In this document: positions 8,594-22,030 of the stretch, one piece after another
Position numbering within the stretch: position 1 is the first letter of the stretch
How the letters are laid out: each line of letters begins with the position of its first letter
Assembly: GCA_963786795.1 (NCBI GenBank)
Contig: CAWBAQ010000016.1
Location: 70,230 to 134,229 of the forward strand
Direction: 5' to 3'
Origin: an uncultured Actinomycetota bacterium
Lineage (GTDB): Bacteria > Actinomycetota > Actinomycetes > Propionibacteriales > Nocardioidaceae
Length of the DNA: 64,000 bases
Position numbers and translations under genes: made by a program
Notes under the pieces: model-generated
Database searches by the model: none
Seen by the model: the letters and a program-made list of their open reading frames with translations, nothing else
Told to the model about the DNA's origin: nothing

Positions 8594-9814
8594 CTAGGAG
8601 CTCAACGCGCGGTCGACCGCGGTGGAGTCGAGCACCTCGCGGATCGCCATCGCGGCGCAGCCGACGACGCCCGACCGCTCGCCGTGGGTGACCGGCACGA
8701 TCCGCAGCTCGCGGGTGGCCAGCGCGGAGGCCTGGGAGTACACCGACTCGCGCAGCCCGGCGACGAACGTGTCGTAGGCCTGCGCCAGGTCGCCGCCGAC
8801 CACGACCGCCTCGGGGTTGAGCAGGTTCACCGCGGACGCCAGCGCCTCCCCGATGCGTCGGCCGGCCTCCCGGACCAGGTGCCGCGCGTCGGGGTCGCCG
8901 GAGACGGCCAGCCGGACCAGGTCACGGATGTGCTCGACGGGCAGGCCGCGCTCGCGGGCGGACTGCACCAGCGCCCAGCCGGCGGCGACCGCCTCGACGC
9001 AGCCGGTGTCCCCGCACCGGCACGCGAGCCCCTCGGCCGACGCGGTCTTGGTGTGCCCGATCTCGCCGGCCGCGCCGGAGGCCCCGCGGAGCACCTGGCC
9101 GGCGGAGACGATGCCGACCCCGATGCCGGTGGACGCCTTCACGAAGATCAGGTGCTGGAAGGTCTCGAGGTGCCCGCGGCGCTCGGACAGGGCCATCACG
9201 TTGGCGTCGTTGTCGACGAACACGGGCGCGCCCGACGGCAGGGGCAGGTCGCGCAGGAACGGCGCGAGCTCGACCCCGTCCCAGCCGGACATGATCGGCG
9301 AGTCGAGGCTGGCCCCGCGGGCGAAGTCGACGGTGCCCGGGATCGACAGCCCCACGGCGCGTACGTCGTCCGGGGCGCGACCGGCCTCGTCGAGCAACGA
9401 CCCGAACGCGGCCACCACCTGCGGCATCAGGGCCTGCGCCGTCGGACCGACCTCCTGGTCGAGGTCCACCGAGACCAGCACGGTCCCGTCGAGGTCGCAG
9501 ACGGCGAGCTGGGTGCGGCTCCGGCCGATGGCTCCGGCGAGGACGACCCCGGCGTCGCGGTTGAAGCGCAGGTGCACCGCGGGACGCCCGCCGGTCGAGG
9601 GCGCCCGGTCGTCGTCGTCCAGCCCCTCGACGACCAGCCCCGAGCCGAGCAGCGCGGTCAGCCGGGCCGCGACCGCCGTCCGCGACAGGCCGGTGAGCCG
9701 GCCGACGTCGCTGCGGGTGAGCGCGCGGCCGTCCCGGATCAGGGAGAACACCTCACCGGTGGTGGCGGGCCCGGAGGTGGGCGCCGACGACGGGGCGGCC
9801 GGCAGGGTCGACAT
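8594..9814 (-). CDS. ROK-family transcriptional regulator
   Basis: N-terminal HTH (TRSDVGRLTGLSRTAV), STGGRP, VDNDANVMALSE, GEIGH...CRCGDTGCVE zinc motif. Divergent from zwf. Confidence 0.92.
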   Translation of the reverse strand: MSTLPAAPSSAPTSGPATTGEVFSLIRDGRALTRSDVGRLTGLSRTAVAARLTALLGSGLVVEGLDDDDRAPSTGGRPAVHLRFNRDAGVVLAGAIGRSRTQLAVCDLDGTVLVSVDLDQEVGPTAQALMPQVVAAFGSLLDEAGRAPDDVRAVGLSIPGTVDFARGASLDSPIMSGWDGVELAPFLRDLPLPSGAPVFVDNDANVMALSERRGHLETFQHLIFVKASTGIGVGIVSAGQVLRGASGAAGEIGHTKTASAEGLACRCGDTGCVEAVAAGWALVQSARERGLPVEHIRDLVRLAVSGDPDARHLVREAGRRIGEALASAVNLLNPEAVVVGGDLAQAYDTFVAGLRESVYSQASALATRELRIVPVTHGERSGVVGCAAMAIREVLDSTAVDRALSS

Positions 9815-9963
9815 GCCTCGCATTGAACCACCTCCAGTTCCCGGAAATCCCGATCGCCCCGACTTATGCTTTCTCAAATACATATCACTGTCTTGCCAGC
9901 ACGCATATCTGTCCCTACCGTGGATGACTGACGCGCACCCGCCCCGTCCCGAGAGATCCCCTG

Positions 9964-11477
9964 ATGTCCCTGCAGTCCCTGCCCACCTCCCCGTCGACCG
10001 GCCCGCAGCCCGTGGCCCCGTGCGACTTCGTCGTCTTCGGTGGCACCGGCGACCTCGCGGTCCGCAAGCTCCTCCCCGCCCTCTACCTCCGTGACCGCGA
10101 CGGCCAGCTGCCCGAGGAGACCCGCATCGTCGCGGTGTCCCGGGCCGGCTTCGACGAGGCCGGCTACCGCGACAAGATCCGCGGCGAGCTGCCCCGGTTC
10201 CTCGCCGCCGCCGAGCTCGACCCCGAGCACGACGGCGCGGCGGTCGAGCGGTTCATCGCCCGGCTCACCCATGTCAGCCTCGACATCGACGACGAGTCGA
10301 GCTGGACCGGCCTCGTCGAGCAGCTCCCGGTCAGCGAGCGCGTCCGCGTGTTCTACCTCGCGATCGGTCCCGCCCTGTTCGGCCGGGTCAGCCAGCAGCT
10401 CGCCGCCCACGGCCTGGTCACCGAGACCACCCGCCTCGTGCTGGAGAAGCCCCTCGGGCACGACCTGGCCTCCGCCCGCGAGGTCAACGACGCCGTCGGC
10501 GCCGTGTTCGAGGAGCACCAGATCTTCCGGATCGACCACTACCTCGGCAAGGAGAGCGTCCAGAACCTGCTGGTGACCCGCTTCGCCAACACGTTCCTCG
10601 AGCCGCTCTGGAACGCCAACTGCATCGACCACGTCCAGATCACCGCCTCCGAGTCGCTCGGTGTCGGCAGCCGCGGCGGCTACTACGACGGCTCCGGCGC
10701 CCTGCGCGACATGGTCCAGAACCACCTCCTCCAGCTGCTCTGCCTGGTCGCGATGGAGCCTCCGACGTACGTCGACCGCGAGACCGTCCGCGACGAGAAG
10801 CTCAAGGTCCTCCAGGCGCTGCGGCCGCTCGAGGGCGGGGACGTCGACCGCTCCGTCGTCGCCGGGCAGTACTCCCCCGGCCTCGTCGACGGGATCGCCG
10901 CATCGTCGTACCGCGAGGACGCCGAGCGCCCGGACTCCACCACGGAGACCTTCGTGGCGATCAAGGCCGAGGTGCAGAACTGGCGCTGGGCCGGGGTGCC
11001 GTTCTACCTGCGCACCGGCAAGCGGATGGATCGCCGGTGCTCGGAGATCGTCATCCAGTTCAAGGCCGTCCCGCACGCCATGTTCCCGGGCAGCGAAGGC
11101 AGCAACGAGCCCAACCGGCTGGTGATCCAGCTCCAGCCGGACGAGGGCATGAAGCTCCACATGACCGCCAAGGAGCCGGGCCCCGGCGGCATCCGGCTGC
11201 GGCCGGTCTCCCTGGACCTGAGCTACGCCAAGACGTTCCAGCGCCGGTCCCCCGACGCCTACGAGCGCCTGCTGATGGACGTCGTCCGCGGCAACCCGAC
11301 CCTGTTCATGCGCCGCGACGAGGTCGAGGCCGCCTGGGCGTGGGTCGAACCGATCCTCGAGCGGTGGTCCAGCCCCGAGCACAGCCCCCGCCCCTACCCC
11401 GCAGGCACCAGTGGTCCCAGCGCAGCGATCACCCTTCTCGAGCGCGATGGTCGCTCCTGGCACGAGAGCAGCAACTG

Positions 11478-11478
<1 letters not shown>
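9964..11478 (+). CDS. zwf: Glucose-6-phosphate 1-dehydrogenase
   Basis: [54 protein letters not shown]. Confidence 0.97.
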
Positions 11479-13325
<1,847 letters not shown>

Positions 13326-13333
<8 letters not shown>

Positions 13334-13946
13334 GTCCCTCCTCGACCGCGTGCCGGTCGTCCCCGTGGTCGTGCTGCACGACGTCGACCACGCCGTGCCC
13401 GTCGCCCGCGCCCTCGTCGAGGGCGGCATCCCGGTGATCGAGCTGACCTTGCGCACCCCGGTCGCCCTCGACGCCATCGAGGCGATCGCCACCCACGTGC
13501 CCGAGATCCTGGTCGGCGCCGGCACGGTCGTCGCGCCGGGCCAGGCCAAGGACGCGCTGTCCGCGGGCGCGCAGTTCCTCGTCTCCCCCGGTACGACGGA
13601 CACGCTGGCCGCCGCGATGCAGGACACGGGACTGCCGCACCTGCCCGGGGCCGCGACGGTCTCGGAGGTGCTGCGGCTGATCGAGCTCGGCTACTCGGAG
13701 ATGAAGCTGTTCCCGGCGGAGGCGTCGGGCGGCCTGGACTTCCTCAAGTCGATCTCCGCACCGGTGCCGCAGGCGCGGTTCTGCCCGACCGGCGGGATCA
13801 CGGCGTCCTCCGCCGCGTCGTACCTCTCCCTGCCCAACGTCGGCTGCGTCGGCGGCTCGTGGCTCACGCCCGCCGACGCGCTGCTGGACGAGGACTGGGA
13901 CCGGATCACCCGGCTCGCGACCGAGGCGACCTACCTGCCGCACTGA
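13326..13946 (+). CDS. eda: KDPG/KHG aldolase
   Basis: IELTLRT, VGAGTV, FLVSPG, KLFPAE..GG, FCPTGGI, VGGSWL. Confidence 0.95.
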
Positions 13947-13951
13947 CCCGA

Positions 13952-14006
13952 ACGTTGGTTGAGCTTGTCGAAACCGCCTGTCGGTTTCGACAGGCTCAAC
14001 CAGCGT
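13952..14006. repeat. REP-like palindrome / bidirectional terminator
   Basis: 25-bp arms ACGTTGGTTGAGCTTGTCGAAACCG and CGGTTTCGACAGGCTCAACCAGCGT (two G-U positions) with a 5-nt loop, between convergent genes. Confidence 0.8.
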
Positions 14007-14487
14007 GGGTCTTCATCGGGCCGCCGGGCCGGCCGTAGGAGTCGGCGACGATCTCCGCCACGACGGACAGGGCGATCTCGCCCGGCGCCTTGCCGCCGGT
14101 GTTCAGCCCGGCCGGGACGTGCAGCCGGGCCAGCGTCGTGGCGGGGAGCTCGGCCTCGAGCGCGTCGAACACCTTCTCGGCGCGGCGACGGCTGCCCATC
14201 ATCGCCACGTAGCCGGCGTCCCCGGCGAGCGCGGCCCGCAGCAGGGTCTCCATGCCGGGGGTGTCGTGGTCGCACAGGACGAACGCGTCGGCCTCTCCGA
14301 GCGGGTTCTCCTCGAGCCACTGCGCCGGGGTCTGCTCGACGTCCTCGTCACCCAGCAGCGTCGTGCGACGCCCGGCCACCTCGGCGATGGCGACGACCGC
14401 CCGGCCGATCGGGTTGTCCGTGACCACGACGACCCGGCCGTGCTCGGGGGTCTCGTCGGACCAGGGCTGCTCACGGTTCGTGCTCAT
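13996..14487 (-). CDS. XdhC-family protein (Rossmann domain only)
   Basis: VLCDHD...YVAMMGSRRR...RLHVPAGLNTGGKAPGEIALSVVAEI, the XdhC C-terminal signature. Confidence 0.82.
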   Translation of the reverse strand: MSTNREQPWSDETPEHGRVVVVTDNPIGRAVVAIAEVAGRRTTLLGDEDVEQTPAQWLEENPLGEADAFVLCDHDTPGMETLLRAALAGDAGYVAMMGSRRRAEKVFDALEAELPATTLARLHVPAGLNTGGKAPGEIALSVVAEIVADSYGRPGGPMKTHAG

Positions 14488-14523
14488 GCCGGCGACCCTA
14501 CGCCCGGCTGGCAGACTCACCGG

Positions 14524-15393
14524 GTGATCCTCGACGGCGGCCTCTCCAACGCCCTGACGGCCCGCGGGCACGACCTCTCCGACTCCCTCTGGACGGCGCG
14601 GCTGCTGCGCGACGCGCCCGACGAGATCGCTGCCGTGCACCGGTCCTACTTCGCCGCCGGGGCCGAGGTGGCGACGACGGCGAGCTACCAGGCGAGTGTG
14701 CCCGGTTTCGAGCGGGCCGGGATGTCGAGGCCGGAGGCGGAGTCGCTCCTGGTCCGCAGCGTCACGCTGGCCCGTGCGGTTCGCGACGAGCTGGCGGGCG
14801 ACGGCAGGTCACGGCTCGTCGCCGCGTCGGTCGGGCCGTACGGAGCGGTGCTGGCGGACGGTTCGGAGTACCGCGGACGCTACGGCCTGACGCCCGCCCA
14901 GCTGCGCGACTTCCACCTGCCGCGACTCGAGCTGCTCGTCGCGGCGGAGCCGGACCTGCTCGCCGTCGAGACGGTCCCCGATCTCGACGAGGCGGCGGTC
15001 CTGGTCGGGCTGCTCGACGAGCTCGGGCTGCCGGCGTGGCTGTCCTACTCGTGCGACGGGCTCTCCACCCGGGCCGGGCAGCCGCTCGCCGACGCGTTCG
15101 CCGTGGTCGCCTCCAGCACGGCCGTGGTCGCGACCGGGGTGAACTGCTGCGCGCCGGACGACGTGCTCCCGGCGCTCGAGGTCGCGAGGTCGGTCACCGG
15201 CAAGGCGGGCGTGGCCTACCCGAACTCCGGCCAGGGCTGGGACAGCGGCACGCACACCTGGAGCGGCGGCTCGGCGTACGACGTGACGCTGGCCCCGGCG
15301 TGGGTCGCGGCGGGAGCGGCGTACGTCGGGGGCTGCTGCCAGGTCGGACCGGACGACATCGCCGCCCTCGCCGCCGAGCTGGCTCAGGCGTAG
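14524..15393 (+). CDS. mmuM: Homocysteine S-methyltransferase
   Basis: ILDGGLS, LWTARLL, TTASYQA, AASVGPYGA.LADGSEY, GVNC, YPNSG and GGCC zinc motifs. Confidence 0.93.
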   Translation: MILDGGLSNALTARGHDLSDSLWTARLLRDAPDEIAAVHRSYFAAGAEVATTASYQASVPGFERAGMSRPEAESLLVRSVTLARAVRDELAGDGRSRLVAASVGPYGAVLADGSEYRGRYGLTPAQLRDFHLPRLELLVAAEPDLLAVETVPDLDEAAVLVGLLDELGLPAWLSYSCDGLSTRAGQPLADAFAVVASSTAVVATGVNCCAPDDVLPALEVARSVTGKAGVAYPNSGQGWDSGTHTWSGGSAYDVTLAPAWVAAGAAYVGGCCQVGPDDIAALAAELAQA

Positions 15394-15403
15394 CCGCTCG
15401 GTG

Positions 15404-15434
15404 CGATGACTTTCGGCGCAGTCCCGGGTCTACC
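15404..15434 (+). promoter_or_regulatory. Putative SigG/ECF56-type promoter
   Basis: CGATGA-N18-GTC upstream of two VOC genes. Confidence 0.45.
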
Positions 15435-15462
15435 CCGGTGACGACGACGAAAGGAACTGCCC

Positions 15463-15855
15463 ATGCTGGAGCAGAGCAAGGCGTTCAGCGGCTTCTCGGT
15501 GAGCGACCTGGACGCGGCACGAGCCTTCTACGGCGAGACGCTGGGACTGACCCTCGAGGACGGCGGTCCGGGCTTCACCCTCAAGCTGGCCGGCGGCACG
15601 AACGTGCTGGTGTACCCCAGCCCGGGCCACCAGCCCGCGTCGTACACGATCCTCAACTTCCCGGTCGCCGAGATCGAGCCGGCCGTGGACGAGCTCACCG
15701 GGCGAGGCGTCACCTTCGAGACGTACGCCGGAACTCCGATGGCCACCGACGAGAAGGGCGTGTTCCGCAAGGGCGGACCGCTGATCGCCTGGTTCAAGGA
15801 CCCGGCCGGCAACACGCTCTCGGTCATCGAGCTGGACGAGGAGACGGCCGGATGA
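15463..15855 (+). CDS. VOC/glyoxalase family protein
   Basis: FSVSDLDAARAFYGETLGL...IAWFKDPAGNTLSVIE. Confidence 0.88.
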   Translation: MLEQSKAFSGFSVSDLDAARAFYGETLGLTLEDGGPGFTLKLAGGTNVLVYPSPGHQPASYTILNFPVAEIEPAVDELTGRGVTFETYAGTPMATDEKGVFRKGGPLIAWFKDPAGNTLSVIELDEETAG

Positions 15856-16331
15856 GCGACAAGATCACCACCTGCCTGTGGTTCGACACCGAGGGCGAGG
15901 AGGCCGCCGAGTTCTACTGCACGCTGTTCCCGGACTCGAAGGTCACCGGCGTGACCCGCTACGGCGAGGCGGGTCCCCGTCCCGCCGGGACCGTGCTGAC
16001 CGTGGACTTCGAGCTCGACGGCCGTCCTTACGTCGCGCTCAACGGCGGCCCGGACAACCCGTTCACCGAGGCGGTGTCGTTCCAGGTCAGCTGTGCCGAC
16101 CAGGACGAGGTCGACCGCTACTGGGAGGCGCTCACGGCCGACGGCGGCGAGGAGGGCCCGTGCGGCTGGCTCAAGGACCGCTTCGGGCTGTCCTGGCAGA
16201 TCGTCCCCACCGCGCTGCCGGAGCTGCTGTCCGACCCGGACCCCGGCCGGGCGAACCGGGCCATGCAGGCGATGCTGCAGATGACGAAGATCGACATCGC
16301 GGCGGTGCGCGCTGCGGCGGACGGCGCCTGA
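15852..16331 (+). CDS. VOC family protein (PhnB/3-demethylubiquinone-9 methyltransferase-like)
   Basis: KITTCLWFDTEGEEAAEFY...ALNGG...CGWLKDRFGLSWQIVP. Confidence 0.9.
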   Translation: MSDKITTCLWFDTEGEEAAEFYCTLFPDSKVTGVTRYGEAGPRPAGTVLTVDFELDGRPYVALNGGPDNPFTEAVSFQVSCADQDEVDRYWEALTADGGEEGPCGWLKDRFGLSWQIVPTALPELLSDPDPGRANRAMQAMLQMTKIDIAAVRAAADGA

Positions 16332-16335
16332 CCGC

Positions 16336-17976
<1,641 letters not shown>

Positions 17977-17980
17977 GGGT

Positions 17981-19203
17981 TCACTCCGTTCGGACGGGCG
18001 GGTGGGACGGTAGCGTGCTGCGGGTGAGCGGCGGTACGCGTACGGCGACCACGGCGATGTCGTCACGCGCGGTGTCCTTCTGGAACGCGAGCACGTCGCC
18101 GAGGATGCTCTCGGCCGGCAGCACCGCACCACGATGCTCCCGCACGGAGTCCGTCAGCCGGTCCTCGCCGAAGAACTCGTCGCCGCGGCGGCCCTCGGTG
18201 ACGCCGTCGGTGTACATCACCAGCAGGTCGCCCGGCACCAGCCTGACCTCGGTGTCGTGCACCGCGACCGTCGGCAGCACCCCGACCAGCGAGCCGGACT
18301 CGCCGGCCTCGGCGACCGTGCCGTCCTCCGACGACGTGGAGCGGGAGGGGGTGGCCGCCGGAGCTGATCGTCGCCACCCAGCCGTCGGGCTCCAGCCGCA
18401 ACCGGACCAGCACGACCGTGCAGAACCGGTCGGTGCCGTCGTCGAGCAGGATGAGGTTGAGGGCACGCAGCACGGCGCTCGGCTCGCTCCTCCTGCACGG
18501 TCAGGGCGCGCAGCGAGTAGCGGACCAGCGCCGTCACCACCGCGGCCTCGACACCCTTCCCGCACACGTCGCCGAGCGCGACGACCCAGTCGCCGGACTT
18601 GATCTGGAAGACGTCGTAGAAGTCGCCGCCGACCTCCTCGCCGTCCCCCGCCGGGCGGTAGGCGGCGGACACGTCCAGCCCGGGAAGGTTCGGCGGCGAC
18701 GGCGGGATCAGGGTCGACTGCAGGGTCCGCGCCAGCGCCTGGGCCCGGGCCTCCGACCGCTCGGCGCGCTGCTTGGCGAGCAGCAGCTCCCGCTCGTAGG
18801 CCCGGCGGTGCGTCGCGTCGAACACCGCGATCCGGACCAGCTTCGGGCTGCCGTCCGCCTCCGCCTCGAGGACCGCGTTGACCAGCACGGGCAGCCGGTC
18901 GCCGTCCGAGCGGACCAGGTCGAACGCGACCTCGGCGACCGTGCCGTGCATCCGCAGCAGCGGGGCGAAGTGCGTCTCGTGGTAGATCCGGCCGCCCGCC
19001 GTGAGCAGCTCCGCGAAGCTGCGGCGTCCGACCAGGTCCTCGCGGTCGTAGCCGATGAGCGCCGCGAACGTCGCGTTCACCTTGACGACGGTGCCGTCCG
19101 GCGTGGTGGTCAGGTAGCCGCAGGGCGCCCGCTCGTAGAGCTGTTCGGGGTCGTCGTCGAGCAGGGCTGCGTAGAACGCCTCCGTCGCTGCCTGCCAGCT
19201 CAT
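17981..19203 (-). CDS. PAS-domain PP2C/SpoIIE phosphatase, RsbP-like (frameshifted)
   Basis: PAS (YERAPCGYLTT...GGRIYHETHFAPLL), coiled coil, VGGDFYDVF, GDVCGKG, YTDGVTE, DDIAVV. Confidence 0.88.
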
Positions 19204-20015
19204 GCGCCGACGGCGGCACCCTGGACGAACGGCCACATCGCGGCGACCGTCTCCTCGGGTGCGCTCATGTGCGGGCAGTGGCCGGTGGCGTCGAGCATCA
19301 CCAGCGTGGCGTTCGGCATGGTCTCGGCGACGTACTCACCGACCGTCACGGGGGCGATCGCGTCCCGGCTGCACTGCAGCACGAGGGTCGGGGTGCGTAC
19401 GGCGGGCAGGTCGGCGCGGTTGTCGGACAGGAAGGTCACCTCGGCGAACCGTCGCGCCCGGTCCGGGTCGGTGCGGCAGAAGCTCTCGGTCAGCTCGGTC
19501 CCGAGCTCGGGGCGGTCCGCGTTGGCCATGATCGCCGGCGCCATCGCGCTCGACCAGCCGAGGTAGTTGCTCTCGAGCGAGTCCAGCAGCTCGCGGATGT
19601 CGGGCTCGCTGAAGCCGCCGACGTAGTCCTCGTCGTCGATGTACCGCGGCGACGGCCCGATCATCACCAGCCGCTCGAACAGCTCCGGGGCGGCCACGTC
19701 CGCCAGCACGCCGATCATCGACGAGACCGAGTGGCCGACGAAGATCCCGTCCGTCACGTCCGAGCTCGCGGCAGATCTCGACGACGTCGTCGGCGTAGCC
19801 CTGCAGCGACGAGTGCCGCTGCTCGTCGTACGCCGAGGGGTCGGCCTGCCCCGACACCGGCGAGGTCGAAGAGGATGACCCGGAAGTCGTCCTCGGAACG
19901 CCGGCGCCACCCAGCGCCACATGTGCTGGTCACAGCCGAACCCGTGGGCGAACACGATCGCGGGACCGTCAGGGCGCCCCGACACGGAGACGTTGTGGCG
20001 GGTCGACGCATTCAT
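19200..20015 (-). CDS. RsbQ-like alpha/beta hydrolase (frameshifted)
   Basis: RHNV, FAHGFGCDQHMW, GHSVSSMIG nucleophile, GPSPRYI, FCRTDP, FLSDNRADL, ATGHCPHMSAP. Overlaps the phosphatase start. Confidence 0.9.
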   Translation of the reverse strand: MNASTRHNVSVSGRPDGPAIVFAHGFGCDQHMWRWVAPAFRGRLPGHPLRPRRCRGRPTPRRTTSSGTRRCRATPTTSSRSAASSDVTDGIFVGHSVSSMIGVLADVAAPELFERLVMIGPSPRYIDDEDYVGGFSEPDIRELLDSLESNYLGWSSAMAPAIMANADRPELGTELTESFCRTDPDRARRFAEVTFLSDNRADLPAVRTPTLVLQCSRDAIAPVTVGEYVAETMPNATLVMLDATGHCPHMSAPEETVAAMWPFVQGAAVGA

Positions 20016-20963
20016 GCGGTGAGCCTAGCCCGGGCGGCGACCGGACGGGTTCCGACGCCCACCCGGGACCGGCTCAGCGCGGAGAGCGGGAGGGAGAAGG
20101 CGGCGGCCATGGAGGGCGCGGGGGCGGCGTTGCGGAGGTAGGGCAGGCCGGCGACCTCGTCGTAGAGCCGGGTCAGCGAGTAGTGCGTGAGCGGCGTCGT
20201 CACGACGTGGTGCACCTGGCTGGGGTGGATGACGACGGTCAGCACGCTGTTGCCGTGCTCGCGGTCGTCCTCGTCGGCGGTCAGCACGACGGCGAGCCGG
20301 CCGGCCTTCCAGTCCGGGCCGGCGAACACCTTCGCCATCTGCGCGCGGAACCACGCGTCGGCGGTGGCGAGCGAACCGTCATGGGCGTCGTGCTCCAGGT
20401 CCGGCACGACCATCCCGACGTTCGGGAGGCGTCCGGTGCGGGCGTCAGCCGTGAACGCGGCCATCCCGCGGTCGTGGCCGATGCAGGCGGTGCGCTCCCG
20501 TGGCGAAGTAGGTCCACGGGTTGTGCTTGGGGGCGTAGGCGCCGCTGTTCGAGCGCCCGCACCGCACCGGCATGCTCTGCGCGTACGTCGCGGCGGTCCT
20601 CCCGTGGCGGAGCGCCTGCCCGAACACCGACCGGCCGGTCAGCCGGTGCGACGTCGGGGCCCCGTCGTCCTGCACGCCGTACGTCGACCCGCCCGCGATC
20701 GCGATGTAGTTGGGCAGGGACGGGTGCCGGATGGCGCGGTAGTCGGTCGCGTAGCCGTACCGCTCGGCCAGCTCGGCCGTGTAGGGCATCCCCGCCCTCA
20801 TCTGGTCGAGCGAGTGGTTCTCCTCGACGAAGACCAGCAGCTTCGTGACCGGCGGCGGGGTCCGCGCCGCAGTCGCGGGCAGCTGCGCCTGCGACGGCGG
20901 GGCGTACGCGACGAGCGCGACGCCGACGGACAGCAGCGCGGCCAGGAGCCGGGGAGAGCGCAT
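20012..20963 (-). CDS. Secreted phosphoesterase / acid phosphatase family protein (frameshifted; 3' end uncertain)
   Basis: Signal peptide, VFVEENHS, HPSLPNYIAIAGGST, YAPKHNPW, HDAHDG, TADED, THYSLTR. Confidence 0.78.
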
Positions 20964-21029
20964 CGTCCCAGTGTCCGCGGCGTGCCCCGTCCGTGTCACG
21001 CGAACACGCCGCGCACCTAGGCTTCCCGC

Positions 21030-21423
21030 ATGAGCGGTGAACAGGACCTGGGCCGGCTGCTCGCGTCGATGCGTCCCGAGCTCCGCGACGGGCCCTTCGT
21101 GTTCACCACCGTCGACGTCCGTCCCCGAGGGCGCCGACCCGGTCGTCAGCGTGCGCGAGCCGGAGGGAGTCACCCTGGTGCTCCGCCGCGACGAGGCCGA
21201 CCGGCTGCGGCTCCCCTACGAGTACGTCGCCGCGATGGTGACCCTCGACGTGCACTCGGCGCTCGACGCCGTGGGACTGACCGCCGCGGTGGCAAGCGAG
21301 CTGACCGGGCACGGGATCAGCTGCAACGTGGTCGCCGGCTACTTCCACGACCACCTGTTCGTGCCGTTCGAGCGAGGCGGGGACGTCGTCACGCTGCTGG
21401 AGGCGCTGGCCGCCCGCAGCTGA
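21030..21423 (+). CDS. ACT-domain protein, DUF2241-like (frameshifted)
   Basis: MSGEQDLGRLLASMRPEL...EPEGVTLV...TLDVHSALDAVGLTAAVA...ISCNVVAGYFHDHLFVP. Confidence 0.82.
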
Positions 21424-21433
21424 GCCGGGAGCG

Positions 21434-21749
21434 TCACTCCTCGGCGCGGATCTCCTCGGTCAGGACCGGCGAGTCGAACGACGTGGACTCGAGCTGTTCG
21501 CCCAGCGACTCGACCGCCTCCTCGATGGCGGCCTGCGGGCAGCCAGGACGCCATCTCGGTCCGGCTGTACGGACCGACCAGGGCGAGAACCCCCTCCGCC
21601 GACGCGCGCTCGAGGTAGGCGGACTGCACCGTCGCGTGCAGGGTCGACCAGCAGTCCACGTGGAACCTCATGTCCGACCGGGCGTGCCGGACGGCGGCTT
21701 GTCGGCCCCTGATCGGGTTGCGGCAATGTGCGCAGCGCTGATGCTCCAC
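21434..21749 (-). CDS. Small hypothetical protein with CxxC...HxxC motif (frameshifted)
   Basis: VEHQRCAHCRNPI...RFHVDCW and an acidic C-terminus. AAAGG RBS upstream. Confidence 0.5.
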
Positions 21750-22030
21750 AGACGTGGCCTTTCGTGTGCCGGGACCACCTCTGGACCGCGACTTCCCCCG
21801 CCGTCCGAAGGGCCCCGACGTTCCCCCGTGAGTCTCGTACGGCGCCCTGATCCTGCGATCCGACGTACTCACCTGACGTAGAAAGGATAGGGCCGGAGCC
21901 GCCGCGACACCCTGAGCCAAACGGACATTTCTGGCATGGTCCGTTCGGGCGAAGGTCACCGATGCTGGTGTGCGGAGCCGCCCGCGGGGCACGATCAGCG
22001 GAGCAGGGCACACGACCCAGGAGGGATCAG

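Noticed and set aside
20012-20080. Translational coupling of the phosphoesterase to rsbQ
   Set aside because: The overlap probably results from an indel that skips a stop near 20074, and rsbQ has its own TAGGCT-N6-ATG leaderless signal.
21900-22030. SAM or cobalamin riboswitch upstream of the methionine synthase-like gene
   Set aside because: No SAM-IV/SAM-I or B12-box consensus could be identified by eye. An Rfam scan would settle it.
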